From: an uncultured virus (IMG/VR IMGVR_UViG_3300025782_000004)
Taxonomy: Duplodnaviria > Heunggongvirae > Uroviricota > Caudoviricetes
IMG/VR virus record: IMGVR_UViG_3300025782_000004
DNA length: 64,000 nucleotides
Strand: one strand, 5' to 3'
Position 1 is the first letter of the stretch; each line of letters starts with the position of its first letter. This document shows, in pieces, positions 38,291-48,315 of the stretch. The notes beneath the pieces were generated by a model. It was not told the DNA's origin. It ran no database searches and saw only the letters and a program-made list of their open reading frames with translations. The position numbers and the translations under genes are program-made.

Positions 38291-39624
38291 CAGAACGTCA
38301 AAAAGAGTTTTATAAAAAGGGCTATGACTATATGTCAAAGAAGCCTATCTATATCAGTGAAGATAAACTAACAGAAGAACAGACACGCAGATTAACTAGC
38401 GATAAACACTTTTGTATACTACCTTGGGTGCATACACATGCTTTCCCGGATGGTCGTACTTATCCCTGTTGTCTAGCAGATTACTGGCATCCCGTCGGAG
38501 ACCTGCGCAAAAATACCATGGAAGAAATTTGGAACCAAGATGGTTACAAGACTATGCGACGTAACATGCTAGAGGATAAACCTTGCAAGGAATGTACCAA
38601 ATGCTATGAACAAGAAGCCAGCGGCTTTTTCAGTATGCGTAACGAAGCAAATAGAAACTTAGGACACTACATAAATGACGTTGATCAAACCCTCGACGAT
38701 GGCACGCATCCTGAATTCAAAATTAGGTATTGGGATATCCGTTTTAGCAATCTCTGCAATTTCAGCTGTCGTACCTGCGGTCCTATTTTCAGTAGCAACT
38801 GGTACAACGATCATGTCAAGCTATATAATCGCAAGCCAGATGTTCTTGGTCGCGACATGCTACGAGTGGAATACGCAGCAGGAGACGAAGAATCGATAAT
38901 GAAACAGATGGAGCCTCATATTCCATATATGGAGCAGGTATATTTTGCTGGTGGTGAGCCACTTATTATGAAGGAACATTATTTCTTATTAGATAAATTG
39001 TTGGAACGCGATAAAACTAATACTCGACTAATCTACAATACAAACTTTAGTGAATTACATTTTAAAGACAAACATGTATTTGACTATTGGAAAAAATTTG
39101 AAACAGTAAATGTAGGAGCAAGTCTAGATGCATCATATGCACGAGGAGAACTAATACGTAAAGGTACTGATTGGAATCAAACAGTTGAAAATCGTCGGCG
39201 TATGAAAGAAGAAGTTCCGCATGTGGATTTTTATATTAGCTCTACTATTAGTGTTATGAATGTGTTGCATGTACTAGATTTTCATAAAGAGTGGGTTGAA
39301 TTAGGGTTAATAGATCCAAAAGATTTTAATGTTAATATTTTACAAGGACCTAAATGGTATCGAATTGACATACTACCTGAATGGTTTAAACAAGAAGTAG
39401 TCATACCAGCTTATAGAAAACATATTGAGTGGTTAGATCCCCTAGACAAACTACGTCGTGCTACTGTTGGATTTGAAAGTGTTATTAACTTTATGTCTAA
39501 TCCAGGAAATAAAAATGACTGGGACAAGTTCATTAAAGAAACTTATGTCTTGGATACCTTACGTAAAGAAAAATTTTGGGACACGTTTCCAGAATTAATA
39601 CCAGCAAAAAATGCTACAGTATAA
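38287..39624 (+). CDS. Radical SAM protein (N-terminal twitch-like domain)
   Basis: CNFSCRTC, AGGEP; CILPW...PCC...ECTKC. Confidence 0.9.
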   Translation: MTERQKEFYKKGYDYMSKKPIYISEDKLTEEQTRRLTSDKHFCILPWVHTHAFPDGRTYPCCLADYWHPVGDLRKNTMEEIWNQDGYKTMRRNMLEDKPCKECTKCYEQEASGFFSMRNEANRNLGHYINDVDQTLDDGTHPEFKIRYWDIRFSNLCNFSCRTCGPIFSSNWYNDHVKLYNRKPDVLGRDMLRVEYAAGDEESIMKQMEPHIPYMEQVYFAGGEPLIMKEHYFLLDKLLERDKTNTRLIYNTNFSELHFKDKHVFDYWKKFETVNVGASLDASYARGELIRKGTDWNQTVENRRRMKEEVPHVDFYISSTISVMNVLHVLDFHKEWVELGLIDPKDFNVNILQGPKWYRIDILPEWFKQEVVIPAYRKHIEWLDPLDKLRRATVGFESVINFMSNPGNKNDWDKFIKETYVLDTLRKEKFWDTFPELIPAKNATV

Positions 39625-40597
39625 AAATCTACGTAGTGTACATTTAGAAATTAGCAGCCGTTGTAATGCTGCTTGTCCAGATTGCCTGCGTAACTTTCGT
39701 GGTGTTGATGTGATGGATACATATCCTGTATGTGATATGACTCTAGATCAGTTCCAGCAGATTTTTACTCAAGACTTCCTACAGCAATTACAGCATTTCA
39801 CAATTAATGGTAACTACGGTGACTTTGTTACAGCACGTGACGGTCTAGAGATTGTTGAGTATATGCTCAAAGTTAATCCCAGGATTCAGGTAGAAATCAG
39901 CACAAATGCTAGTGCAAGACCAAAGTTATGGGAACCCCTTGGTCGATTGGGTGTAACTGTTTACTTCCGTTTAGATGGACTAGCAGATACGCATCACTTA
40001 TACAGACAAAATACAGACTTTAATTTTATTTTAGATAACGCCAAGAAATTTATTGCCGCTGGTGGCCGTGCAGTATGGGCAATGATTAAGTTTGATCATA
40101 ACGAACATCAAATTGATGAATGTAAGCAAATGTCCCAGGATTTGGGATTTGATCGTTTTGATCTAGTAGATGCTGGTCGCAATACAATGCCAGTGTTTAA
40201 CAGCGAACGTCAACTGACTCACACAATTGGCAATTGGCAGGGTAGTACAGACTTTGACAAATTGTTTACATCTTATTCTTACTATAAAATAGAACCTGAT
40301 ATTGCTATACGCAATGAGACTGAAAATCGTACAGTAGACTGCTATGCTAAACGTCAGCAAGAAATTTATGTAGCCAGCAATGGGGAAGTGTACCCTTGCT
40401 GTTGGTTAGGTTACTATCCTTTGCATAGTAACGCAAGACCCAGTAACATACAATTAAAACCCCTAATCAAAAACAACAATGCACTAGAATACGGATTAGA
40501 AACTGCCATTGGATGGTTCAATGCTATAGAAGAAACTTGGGATCGTACAGTACCCGAGGGAAAAATTTATGAGTGTAATAAAACCTGTGGAAAATAA
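39611..40597 (+). CDS. Radical SAM protein with C-terminal twitch/SPASM domain
   Basis: N-terminal CNAACPDC, GNYGD in place of GGEP, C-terminal C...GEVYPCC...ECNKTC. Confidence 0.88.
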   Translation: MLQYKNLRSVHLEISSRCNAACPDCLRNFRGVDVMDTYPVCDMTLDQFQQIFTQDFLQQLQHFTINGNYGDFVTARDGLEIVEYMLKVNPRIQVEISTNASARPKLWEPLGRLGVTVYFRLDGLADTHHLYRQNTDFNFILDNAKKFIAAGGRAVWAMIKFDHNEHQIDECKQMSQDLGFDRFDLVDAGRNTMPVFNSERQLTHTIGNWQGSTDFDKLFTSYSYYKIEPDIAIRNETENRTVDCYAKRQQEIYVASNGEVYPCCWLGYYPLHSNARPSNIQLKPLIKNNNALEYGLETAIGWFNAIEETWDRTVPEGKIYECNKTCGK

Positions 40598-41804
40598 CTT
40601 ACCTAAAACAATTTGTATGCTACCGTGGGTTAGTATTGAAACTAGCCCACTAGGTACTACACGTCCTTGCTGTTTGGCTAACGATGAGATTGTAGATGAT
40701 ACAGGTCGCAAGTATGATTTAAACGAAACTAATCTTGAAGTTATATATCATAGTGAGTATATGCAGGATCTGCGTCGTCAGTTTCGTCGGGGAGAAAAAC
40801 CAGAAACTTGTAATCGTTGCTGGACTGAAGAAGCCGCAGGACGTGATAGCAAACGCATACATACACAAATTCGTTTAAAAGAATTATATCAACAGGTGGA
40901 CTGGGCCAATGACAATCCTGATCAACTATGGTTTGTTGACTTAAAACTGGGTAATATTTGTAATCTTAAATGTCGTATCTGTGGATCATGGTCCAGCAGT
41001 AAGTGGGCCGAAGAAGAAATGAACTATGTTAAGGCTCATACTAATCCCAAAGAACACATTGCCTACACTTGGTTAAAGCAAGGTGCTTGGCCACGTAAGA
41101 CAACAACCTTTTGGGATAACCTACGTGAGTTATTACCTAATATCCGTTACTTTGAATTTACCGGTGGCGAACCTTGGATGATACAAGAACATTTTGATCT
41201 ATTACAATACGCTGTGGATCAAGGTTACAGTAAAAACATTGACATACACTACAATACCAATGCTACACAAGATCCTTTACCACACGCAGAATTATGGCAT
41301 CAATTTGGACGTGTGGATATTGCATTTAGCATTGACAACGTAGGCGATCGTTTCGAGTACGAACGCTATGGCGCTGACTGGCAACGTGCAAATGAAATAG
41401 TTGATGAAGTTCATACCCTACGTGACGGATATGGGTCCAACATTACTACACAGTTATGCTTTACTATCAACATACAGAATGTGTACTACCTAGATGAATT
41501 GTTGGCCTGGGCAGATACCAAACCCTGGACCAGCATATACTTTAATATGTTACACGACCCTAGTTATATGAATATACAACATATGACTCCTCAAGCACAG
41601 GAACTTGTGTTAAACAAATTAAAGAAAATTTTTTGGGCTAACAAGTTCTATCAAAAAGAAATTGATCGAGTTATACAGTTTATTGAAAACGGCTCGGGTA
41701 GCGACGGCGAACGATTCTTGTTTGAAATGAAACGCACTGATGCGTATCGTAAACAAAACTTCGCGGACACACATCCAGAAATAGCTAGGACTATGGGATA
41801 TTAG
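40569..41804 (+). CDS. Radical SAM protein (N-terminal twitch-like domain)
   Basis: CNLKCRIC, TGGEP; CMLPW...PCC...TCNRCW. Confidence 0.9.
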   Translation: MSVIKPVENNLPKTICMLPWVSIETSPLGTTRPCCLANDEIVDDTGRKYDLNETNLEVIYHSEYMQDLRRQFRRGEKPETCNRCWTEEAAGRDSKRIHTQIRLKELYQQVDWANDNPDQLWFVDLKLGNICNLKCRICGSWSSSKWAEEEMNYVKAHTNPKEHIAYTWLKQGAWPRKTTTFWDNLRELLPNIRYFEFTGGEPWMIQEHFDLLQYAVDQGYSKNIDIHYNTNATQDPLPHAELWHQFGRVDIAFSIDNVGDRFEYERYGADWQRANEIVDEVHTLRDGYGSNITTQLCFTINIQNVYYLDELLAWADTKPWTSIYFNMLHDPSYMNIQHMTPQAQELVLNKLKKIFWANKFYQKEIDRVIQFIENGSGSDGERFLFEMKRTDAYRKQNFADTHPEIARTMGY

Positions 41805-43037
41805 ATGATTAAGAAATTAATTACTCGATCTAGATATGAATCGTTTGCAGGTTCGTCTTGGCCTAGCTACGAAGAATTTCAAACCGGTAATTATAATTCC
41901 AATTCAAATATACAAAAAGAAATTGACGAGTTTATCAAGTTGATGCATGATGAATTAAAATTTTTAGATAATACAGAAATAAATTTAAAAACTTCAGAAA
42001 CAAGTAGTTGGCAAACTAAAGAACGTCCCTTAACATGGAACATAGTAAATCATGATTTATTGTATAAAAGAAAAATAAAAAACTTACCGTCTAGTAAAAG
42101 CGGAATACAAACAGTTTGTTCTAAACCGTTTAGCAATATTTCAATTGATTTTGATGGTCGTATTTTTTTATGCGATTGCCCAGGCTGGTTGCCTTTTCCT
42201 GTGGGACACGTGACAGAGTTTAACTCAGCAGCTGAAGTATTTGATCATCCCACAGCAATAGAGATACAAAATTCTATCTTAGACAAAATTTATAATTTTT
42301 GTGATGTCGACACCTGCAGACTGCCAAAAGACGGTTCAACAACGATCGTCCGTAGTCCCGTTAGGTTATACGTTGGTATAGATAAAAGTTGTAATTTAAC
42401 TTGCCCTAGTTGCAGAGAACGTCCGTTGTTTTTCAAAGAAGGTGAAGAAGTGGAAAAACGTAAAAAATGGGCTGACCATATATGTAATTGGATTACAGCT
42501 GATCAAACAAAGTCTTGGACTATTATAATTGGTGCCGACGGAGATCCTTTTGTTAGTTATGTATACGAATATCTATTAGAAAAGTTGCAATTATTAAACA
42601 ATATAACTTTTGAATTTATGACAAACGGGTTATTTTTAAAAAGACAGTTAAGTAAGTTAGCTCCAGAGTTTTTATCTAAAATTAAATCAATCAATGTAAG
42701 TATTGATGCAGCCACAGAAGAAACATATAAAATAATTCGACGTGGCGGAAATTGGAAACACCTAATAGAAAATTTAGAATATCTACAGGAAATATCAATC
42801 AGCAATAATATACAAACTGTTGGAAATTTAATTATACAAGAGGGCAATTTTACAGAAGCCGTTGGGTTTGTTGACTTATGCAAACACTATAACATGAAAC
42901 CAAATCTTACATTGATTGAAGATTGGGGAACTTGGCACGATTTTGCAAAACATGCGGTGCATCATTCAGACCACCCTCGATATAGCGAATTTGTTAAAGT
43001 ATTTTCTGATTCAAAATTACAATTTTTTAAACCATGA
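41805..43037 (+). CDS. Radical SAM protein (divergent, AT-rich)
   Basis: CNLTCPSC, GADGDPF; CSKPF...CDC...CDVDTC; N-terminal extension with WPSYEEF. Confidence 0.85.
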   Translation: MIKKLITRSRYESFAGSSWPSYEEFQTGNYNSNSNIQKEIDEFIKLMHDELKFLDNTEINLKTSETSSWQTKERPLTWNIVNHDLLYKRKIKNLPSSKSGIQTVCSKPFSNISIDFDGRIFLCDCPGWLPFPVGHVTEFNSAAEVFDHPTAIEIQNSILDKIYNFCDVDTCRLPKDGSTTIVRSPVRLYVGIDKSCNLTCPSCRERPLFFKEGEEVEKRKKWADHICNWITADQTKSWTIIIGADGDPFVSYVYEYLLEKLQLLNNITFEFMTNGLFLKRQLSKLAPEFLSKIKSINVSIDAATEETYKIIRRGGNWKHLIENLEYLQEISISNNIQTVGNLIIQEGNFTEAVGFVDLCKHYNMKPNLTLIEDWGTWHDFAKHAVHHSDHPRYSEFVKVFSDSKLQFFKP

Positions 43038-44326
43038 ACAAACCAGAAACACTATGCATGGCTCCGTGGACTCATACTTATTTGAGTCCACAAACAGAAA
43101 GACGTATGTGTTGTGCGTCGCGTGAACCAGCGCAAAACTTTGAGCAGTACATAGACACATCCAGCGGAACTGGTCGTTACATTCCTGTAACATTAGATGA
43201 ACATTGGAATAGTGAACATATGAAAAGTGTGCGACAACGCATGATGGCTGGCGAAACATTGCCCGAGTGCGAAGTATGCAATGATAAGTTGCTCAATACT
43301 GACATTTACCGTAGTTATTTTAACCAGCTGTTTGGGCATAAGTATTTACAAGCCATGGAGCAGACTGATGCCTCAGGCTACACGACAATGAAGCCAGTAT
43401 CGTGGGATTACAGATTTAGCAACCTTTGTAATTTTAAGTGCCGCATGTGCGGTGACATGTTGAGTAGTGCTTGGGAGAGCGAGCAGAAACAACACGGGAT
43501 GATCGACTTGACGAATCCAAAAAATAACTGGATGCGTCCTGAAGTCAAGGTAGAAATAGAAAAGTTTCAAGACACCCAGGTAGAGCAAGAGTTTGCTACT
43601 GCTGTTGAGGAGCACCGAGTGGAAGAGGTGTATTGGGTGGGAGGTGAGCCGTTAATGTACGAACAGCACTGGCGTTACATGAAACGGATTATTGAACTTG
43701 GAGATGGAAAAAATGTTTACGCTAGATACAACACTAATCTTAGTCGCATCAATTATCGCGGTATCAATCTGTATAGGGATATTTTATCTGGGCTACGTGA
43801 CTGGCAAATCTGCGCAAGCATCGATGGCACGGGCCGAATTGGAGAGTATATTAGAACAGGTCTTAATTTTGATGAGTGGCTTAAGAACATCACTGAAGGA
43901 CTTGCGTACAGCAGTCACCGCCGCCAAATCCGTTTGGACTTCACTCTTACTACACCAGGACTCTTTGAAGTTCAAAAGATACAAGAACTCGCGCAAAAAC
44001 TTGGAGTAGACGTTTTAGCAAAGGTGGTGTTCTCTTTTTCACCGGACATTGTTATGTCACCGCTAGCACTACCTAGGGAAGTATTACATCCTTGGATAGA
44101 CGAAATCTTGCACACCATTGATAAAGGTGCCCTACACGACATATTAGTCCAACTGAAAACTAGACCCACTTTTGCTGAACAATGGCCCGACACGTATCAA
44201 ACAGGACTCCAAAAGGGCAAACGCCGCATATTAGAACTTGAAAAAATTCGAAAAGACCAGTATACTTTTAGAGATATTATGGCTCTAAGACCACAAGTAC
44301 TGGAATGGTATGACTCAATCAATTAA
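43034..44326 (+). CDS. Radical SAM protein (N-terminal twitch-like domain)
   Basis: CNFKCRMC, VGGEP; CMAPW...MCC...ECEVC. Confidence 0.9.
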   Translation: MNKPETLCMAPWTHTYLSPQTERRMCCASREPAQNFEQYIDTSSGTGRYIPVTLDEHWNSEHMKSVRQRMMAGETLPECEVCNDKLLNTDIYRSYFNQLFGHKYLQAMEQTDASGYTTMKPVSWDYRFSNLCNFKCRMCGDMLSSAWESEQKQHGMIDLTNPKNNWMRPEVKVEIEKFQDTQVEQEFATAVEEHRVEEVYWVGGEPLMYEQHWRYMKRIIELGDGKNVYARYNTNLSRINYRGINLYRDILSGLRDWQICASIDGTGRIGEYIRTGLNFDEWLKNITEGLAYSSHRRQIRLDFTLTTPGLFEVQKIQELAQKLGVDVLAKVVFSFSPDIVMSPLALPREVLHPWIDEILHTIDKGALHDILVQLKTRPTFAEQWPDTYQTGLQKGKRRILELEKIRKDQYTFRDIMALRPQVLEWYDSIN

Positions 44327-45395
44327 AGTAGTACTGCGAAATCCTTTAAATTATAATGACCAAATTGATTATACAATTGAATCTTTTGATCACGAGTTAT
44401 CGCATGATTGGATACAAGCACTCAAGGGACTACTACAGTCAAAAAACCTATTAGAAAAAAATTACTGTTTTATGGGTTTTCCTAAAACAGCTCGCACATT
44501 AGAATACCTATGTGGAGAAGTAAATCTAGCAGCGGCAACTATAAACAATTTTTTCAGTGACTATCGAATTGAGGAAGTATATACTCCCGATAATGTAGTT
44601 GGATTTGACTACGCTGACCATGGTGTAAATCATGAGATGTTAAATACTCTACATAATCATTTTGAAAGACTGCAAGGAACTGTTTGGAATTTAAGTGATT
44701 ATTATCGTCGGGCCGATTACGATACAAAGTACGCAATACGTCAATTGAATAATCTATGTCACGAAATAGAAAATTTAATTCTCAGCAAACGTAAAGAACG
44801 AGAATTACCTTATTGGGTTCGTCCGAGCCAAATTACTACATTCATTAACAGTCCTCGATTAGATTTAAAAGACTCGCATAGGCAAGGATTTGTTACCAAT
44901 GGTTATAACCGTGTGCTAGGTGGAGTTTATATGCACTGGACACAGATAGGCAAAACTCTATATGAAGTATTCCGAGATGAACATGCTCCTAAACTAACTG
45001 ACACAGTATGCGAAGCTATTACAGAATTACGCTACTACTCAGGAGAATTTGATGTAGAGTGGGGCAATGATGTAGTACTCAATGGTGGACATCCGTGGCA
45101 TGATCGAGAACAAGAAGATTTTTGTTATTGGTTAATGGCCAATGGGCGCGATCCACTAGATCCCAAACTAAGTTTGGGATATTTGCCACTGGGACAGATA
45201 AAGTTATTGGAAAGTTTTGGCACCACTGATTACAAGGAAATTTGGAATACCTTGTCCGACCATTTGGACATTTATCAAATTGAAGTAGATGGAGTTGTAA
45301 GTACGTTTGACTACTGCTGGACTGACAGCAACTACAAGCAAATGCAAATTGACATGATGAAACCTGGATATGATTACAGTTCTCGCCGGGGGTGA
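44310..45395 (+). CDS. Hypothetical protein of the modification island
   Basis: 361-aa ORF overlapping both neighbours. LHNHFE and LNNLCHEIE could be metal ligands. Confidence 0.75.
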   Translation: MTQSIKVVLRNPLNYNDQIDYTIESFDHELSHDWIQALKGLLQSKNLLEKNYCFMGFPKTARTLEYLCGEVNLAAATINNFFSDYRIEEVYTPDNVVGFDYADHGVNHEMLNTLHNHFERLQGTVWNLSDYYRRADYDTKYAIRQLNNLCHEIENLILSKRKERELPYWVRPSQITTFINSPRLDLKDSHRQGFVTNGYNRVLGGVYMHWTQIGKTLYEVFRDEHAPKLTDTVCEAITELRYYSGEFDVEWGNDVVLNGGHPWHDREQEDFCYWLMANGRDPLDPKLSLGYLPLGQIKLLESFGTTDYKEIWNTLSDHLDIYQIEVDGVVSTFDYCWTDSNYKQMQIDMMKPGYDYSSRRG

Positions 45396-45918
45396 TAGTT
45401 TCGTTTGGGGCAGTGAGTTAGCTGATAGCCCGCATGGTGGAGCTGATGGCTTTAGTAAGCAGACATTTACTGCCCTACTAGGGGATCGTTATATCTGTGC
45501 CGCATACCCAGGGTTGGGCAATAGGGAAATAGCTTATCGTGTAAGAGATGCCCTAATATACACTCGCCCAGATATTGTTGTAGTTTGCTGGACTTGGCCT
45601 GGTAGAGATAATATGTTGGATAGTGATCACTACATAAAAGGACTGCAAGCACACCTGGTTTATCATAATATTCCTTATATGTTTACCTGTGCTGACAACT
45701 GTGTTGTAACAGGTAAATTGGATTACGATAATTGGTACATGTTCCCACCAGGACAAGAGCTATGGGAAACCACACAGCCAAGAGGTTTTTATCAGTGGGC
45801 AGTAGAGAATAAATACCCTGTAGGACCTGAACATCATCCACTAGAATTAGCACATCAAGATGCTGCTAAATTAATGAAAGAAAAATTCAATGCAATGGTT
45901 AAAAAATCTATACAATAG
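45370..45918 (+). CDS. SGNH/GDSL-like protein
   Basis: GGDSFVWG, GLGN, WTWPGR and a C-terminal HHP. Confidence 0.65.
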   Translation: MITVLAGGDSFVWGSELADSPHGGADGFSKQTFTALLGDRYICAAYPGLGNREIAYRVRDALIYTRPDIVVVCWTWPGRDNMLDSDHYIKGLQAHLVYHNIPYMFTCADNCVVTGKLDYDNWYMFPPGQELWETTQPRGFYQWAVENKYPVGPEHHPLELAHQDAAKLMKEKFNAMVKKSIQ

Positions 45919-45991
45919 AATAGTCTTAGAAATACGTTATCGCAAAAAACTAAAAGAGTTGCGTAAGCGAGATCCATTTATTTACAAATGA
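45890..45991 (+). CDS. 33-aa basic peptide MQWLKNLYNRIVLEIRYRKKLKELRKRDPFIYK
   Basis: My translation. Fills the gap in the operon, and its TGA overlaps the next ATG (ATGA). Confidence 0.7.
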   Translation: MQWLKNLYNRIVLEIRYRKKLKELRKRDPFIYK

Positions 45992-46527
45992 TATTAGTCA
46001 ACGGCGATAGTTTTACCTATGGTGAAGAAAGTTCTATTGCTTGGCCCAATTTGATTGCTAATACCGTAAACATAGCGGAATCTGGCTATAGCAATGATGC
46101 TATCGTTAGGACGACTGTGAATTCAATTGAATCTTGTTTGTTATCCGTTGAGTATGTTATTGTTGCATGGACTACCCCAAACAGAATAGAAGTTAACGGC
46201 CAGCATCTAACTCCGCATAGTCATAGAAAGTACGGATCAATCTGTGATTATGTATTTTTAGACTGGAATGAACAGTGGGCTACTGCAAAATTCCGTACAC
46301 AGGTTGCACTATTAGATGCTTATATAAAAAGCAAAAGCATACCTTACGTTTTTATTAGAACTTTTGATGTTCCTGAAACTACAGTAGGAAATTGGATGCC
46401 GGGTAGTATAGTAGAATGGATGGGCGATTGTCCCAAAGGCCCGGGCGGACATCCGCTAGAACTTGGACAAGTAAGAATAGCAGAACATGTCGAAAAATAT
46501 ATTAGGAATCTCGGCTGGCTTCCATGA
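45988..46527 (+). CDS. SGNH/GDSL-like protein
   Basis: NGDSFTYG, GYSN, WTTPNR, GPGGHP. Confidence 0.7.
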   Translation: MILVNGDSFTYGEESSIAWPNLIANTVNIAESGYSNDAIVRTTVNSIESCLLSVEYVIVAWTTPNRIEVNGQHLTPHSHRKYGSICDYVFLDWNEQWATAKFRTQVALLDAYIKSKSIPYVFIRTFDVPETTVGNWMPGSIVEWMGDCPKGPGGHPLELGQVRIAEHVEKYIRNLGWLP

Positions 46528-47968
46528 TGCCGCCGCAACAGTAATTAACCAAGGTGAGATCTTATATGCTGGACACGCAGAGCGTTACAGTAAGATTAAG
46601 AATGACCCTAATTTGCATGAAGCAATGTTTTGGGAGTTTAGTCGTGGGCGACACATTGATCATATTGCTTACTACGAAACTCCTTGGAAGAAACAGTTGC
46701 GTCAACTGTACTCAGGACAAGGCATTGAGTGGAACAAACTAACTACCCGTCAAGTTTTAAAGCAACAATTACGGGGATTCTTTGATAATGTTCCAGTATC
46801 GACACACAGTCATCATCTAAGCCACACAGCAGCAGGATTCCAAACAAGTCCATTTAAGCGTGCCACAGTGGTAGTAATTGATGCTATAGGTGAATGGGAC
46901 ACTATCTCAATTTGGGGAGCAGAGTACATAAACGGCCGGGCTCAATATAAGAGCTTATGGCGTCAACGTTATCCTCACTCAATCGGATTATTTTATACAG
47001 CAATGACTCAACGGGTGGGATTGAAACCCATGGAAGATGAGTATATTCTAATGGGAATGGCCGCATATGGTCGTCCTACTGCTACTACGTTTATAAAGAA
47101 TGCAGTCATTGAAAATGAATGGGATCTAACATTTAAACAAAATCTACATGCGGGACTAGATGATACCTTTTTAGTTGGAGTCCCAAACGAAGAAATTGCC
47201 AGTTCTAGCCAGACCTTTTGTGAAAATTTGATATATAATGTTATACGTCGTGCTAAAGAATTTGGCTGGAGCACGAATTTGGTATACCAGGGCGGTGTAG
47301 CCCTTAATTGTTTAGCTAATAGAAATCTTGGTGAATATTTTGAAAACGTTTGGATCATGCCTAATCCTGGTGATGCTGGTAGCTCTCTTGGCGCAGCCGC
47401 TCTCGCCTACGGAGGCCCGATTGATTTTAAAAATGCGTTCCTCGGTACAGACATTAGCGGCAACTATCCCGTCAATGCCCTCCTTGATAGTTTACTCACA
47501 GATAAAATCGTTGGAGTTGCTTCCGGACGTGCAGAATTTGGACCCAGAGCCCTTGGAAACAGAAGTCTCCTCGCCGACCCTCGCGGACCCAACATAAAGG
47601 ATCGAGTAAATGCAATCAAACGACGTCAAGAATTCAGACCATTTGCGCCAGTCATTTTGGAGGAGCATGTACGTGATTATTTTGACATGCCTCCTGGTTT
47701 CGTTGATACTAGGTATATGCAAGTCATCGGTCATTGTAGGCGTCCTGACTTATTTCCTGCTATCGTTCATCATGACGGGACTAGTCGTATACAGACAGTA
47801 CCAGCTGATGGTTCGGGAATCCGAGAACTATTAGAAAAATGGTATGTAGTAACAGATTGCCCTATGTTACTGAATACTAGTCTTAATATCAAGGGCGAGC
47901 CAATGGTCAATGATCGTGCGGATGCAGATCGATTCGAAAAACTCTATAATGTAAAGGTACACTCATGA
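46487..47968 (+). CDS. Carbamoyltransferase, NodU/CmcH/TobZ family
   Basis: HDAAA, HHLSH, VIDAIGE, GGVALNC, GDAGSSLG, EFGPRALGNRS, RPFAP and LLNTSLN motifs. Confidence 0.93.
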   Translation: MSKNILGISAGFHDAAATVINQGEILYAGHAERYSKIKNDPNLHEAMFWEFSRGRHIDHIAYYETPWKKQLRQLYSGQGIEWNKLTTRQVLKQQLRGFFDNVPVSTHSHHLSHTAAGFQTSPFKRATVVVIDAIGEWDTISIWGAEYINGRAQYKSLWRQRYPHSIGLFYTAMTQRVGLKPMEDEYILMGMAAYGRPTATTFIKNAVIENEWDLTFKQNLHAGLDDTFLVGVPNEEIASSSQTFCENLIYNVIRRAKEFGWSTNLVYQGGVALNCLANRNLGEYFENVWIMPNPGDAGSSLGAAALAYGGPIDFKNAFLGTDISGNYPVNALLDSLLTDKIVGVASGRAEFGPRALGNRSLLADPRGPNIKDRVNAIKRRQEFRPFAPVILEEHVRDYFDMPPGFVDTRYMQVIGHCRRPDLFPAIVHHDGTSRIQTVPADGSGIRELLEKWYVVTDCPMLLNTSLNIKGEPMVNDRADADRFEKLYNVKVHS

Positions 47969-48315
47969 CAGAGGTTGAACTAATTCAAGAAAAACAAAAA
48001 CATATTTGGGCAAATGAAATGGCTTCATTATACTCACAAATTATTGTGAACGGAATTTATAACTCAGAAGACTTTGGGTACCAGGAAAGAGAAGAGATAG
48101 CTGCCTACGTAAGTTTTAAAAATAAATGCGTGTATTGTTTTAAAGGCCACAAAACTGATAAAACGCTTAGTATTGAATTAAGAAAGCTGATAGACGATTT
48201 ATATAGTGGTAAAAAACAGGTTGATATAAATGATAACGATAAACTAATCGAACAAATTATTTATATTATTGGATTTTTAAATTTTGTTAATTTTGTATTA
48301 AAGGCATATCGATAA
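47965..48315 (+). CDS. Hypothetical protein (AT-rich)
   Basis: Translationally coupled on both sides. Confidence 0.65.
   Translation: MTEVELIQEKQKHIWANEMASLYSQIIVNGIYNSEDFGYQEREEIAAYVSFKNKCVYCFKGHKTDKTLSIELRKLIDDLYSGKKQVDINDNDKLIEQIIYIIGFLNFVNFVLKAYR

Noticed and set aside
35234..44326. Radical SAM array as a QueE/7-deazaguanine, MoaA or NrdG pathway
   Set aside because: No QueC, QueD, FolE, DpdA, Moa or NrdD genes were recognised in the window, and the domain layout differs from those enzymes.
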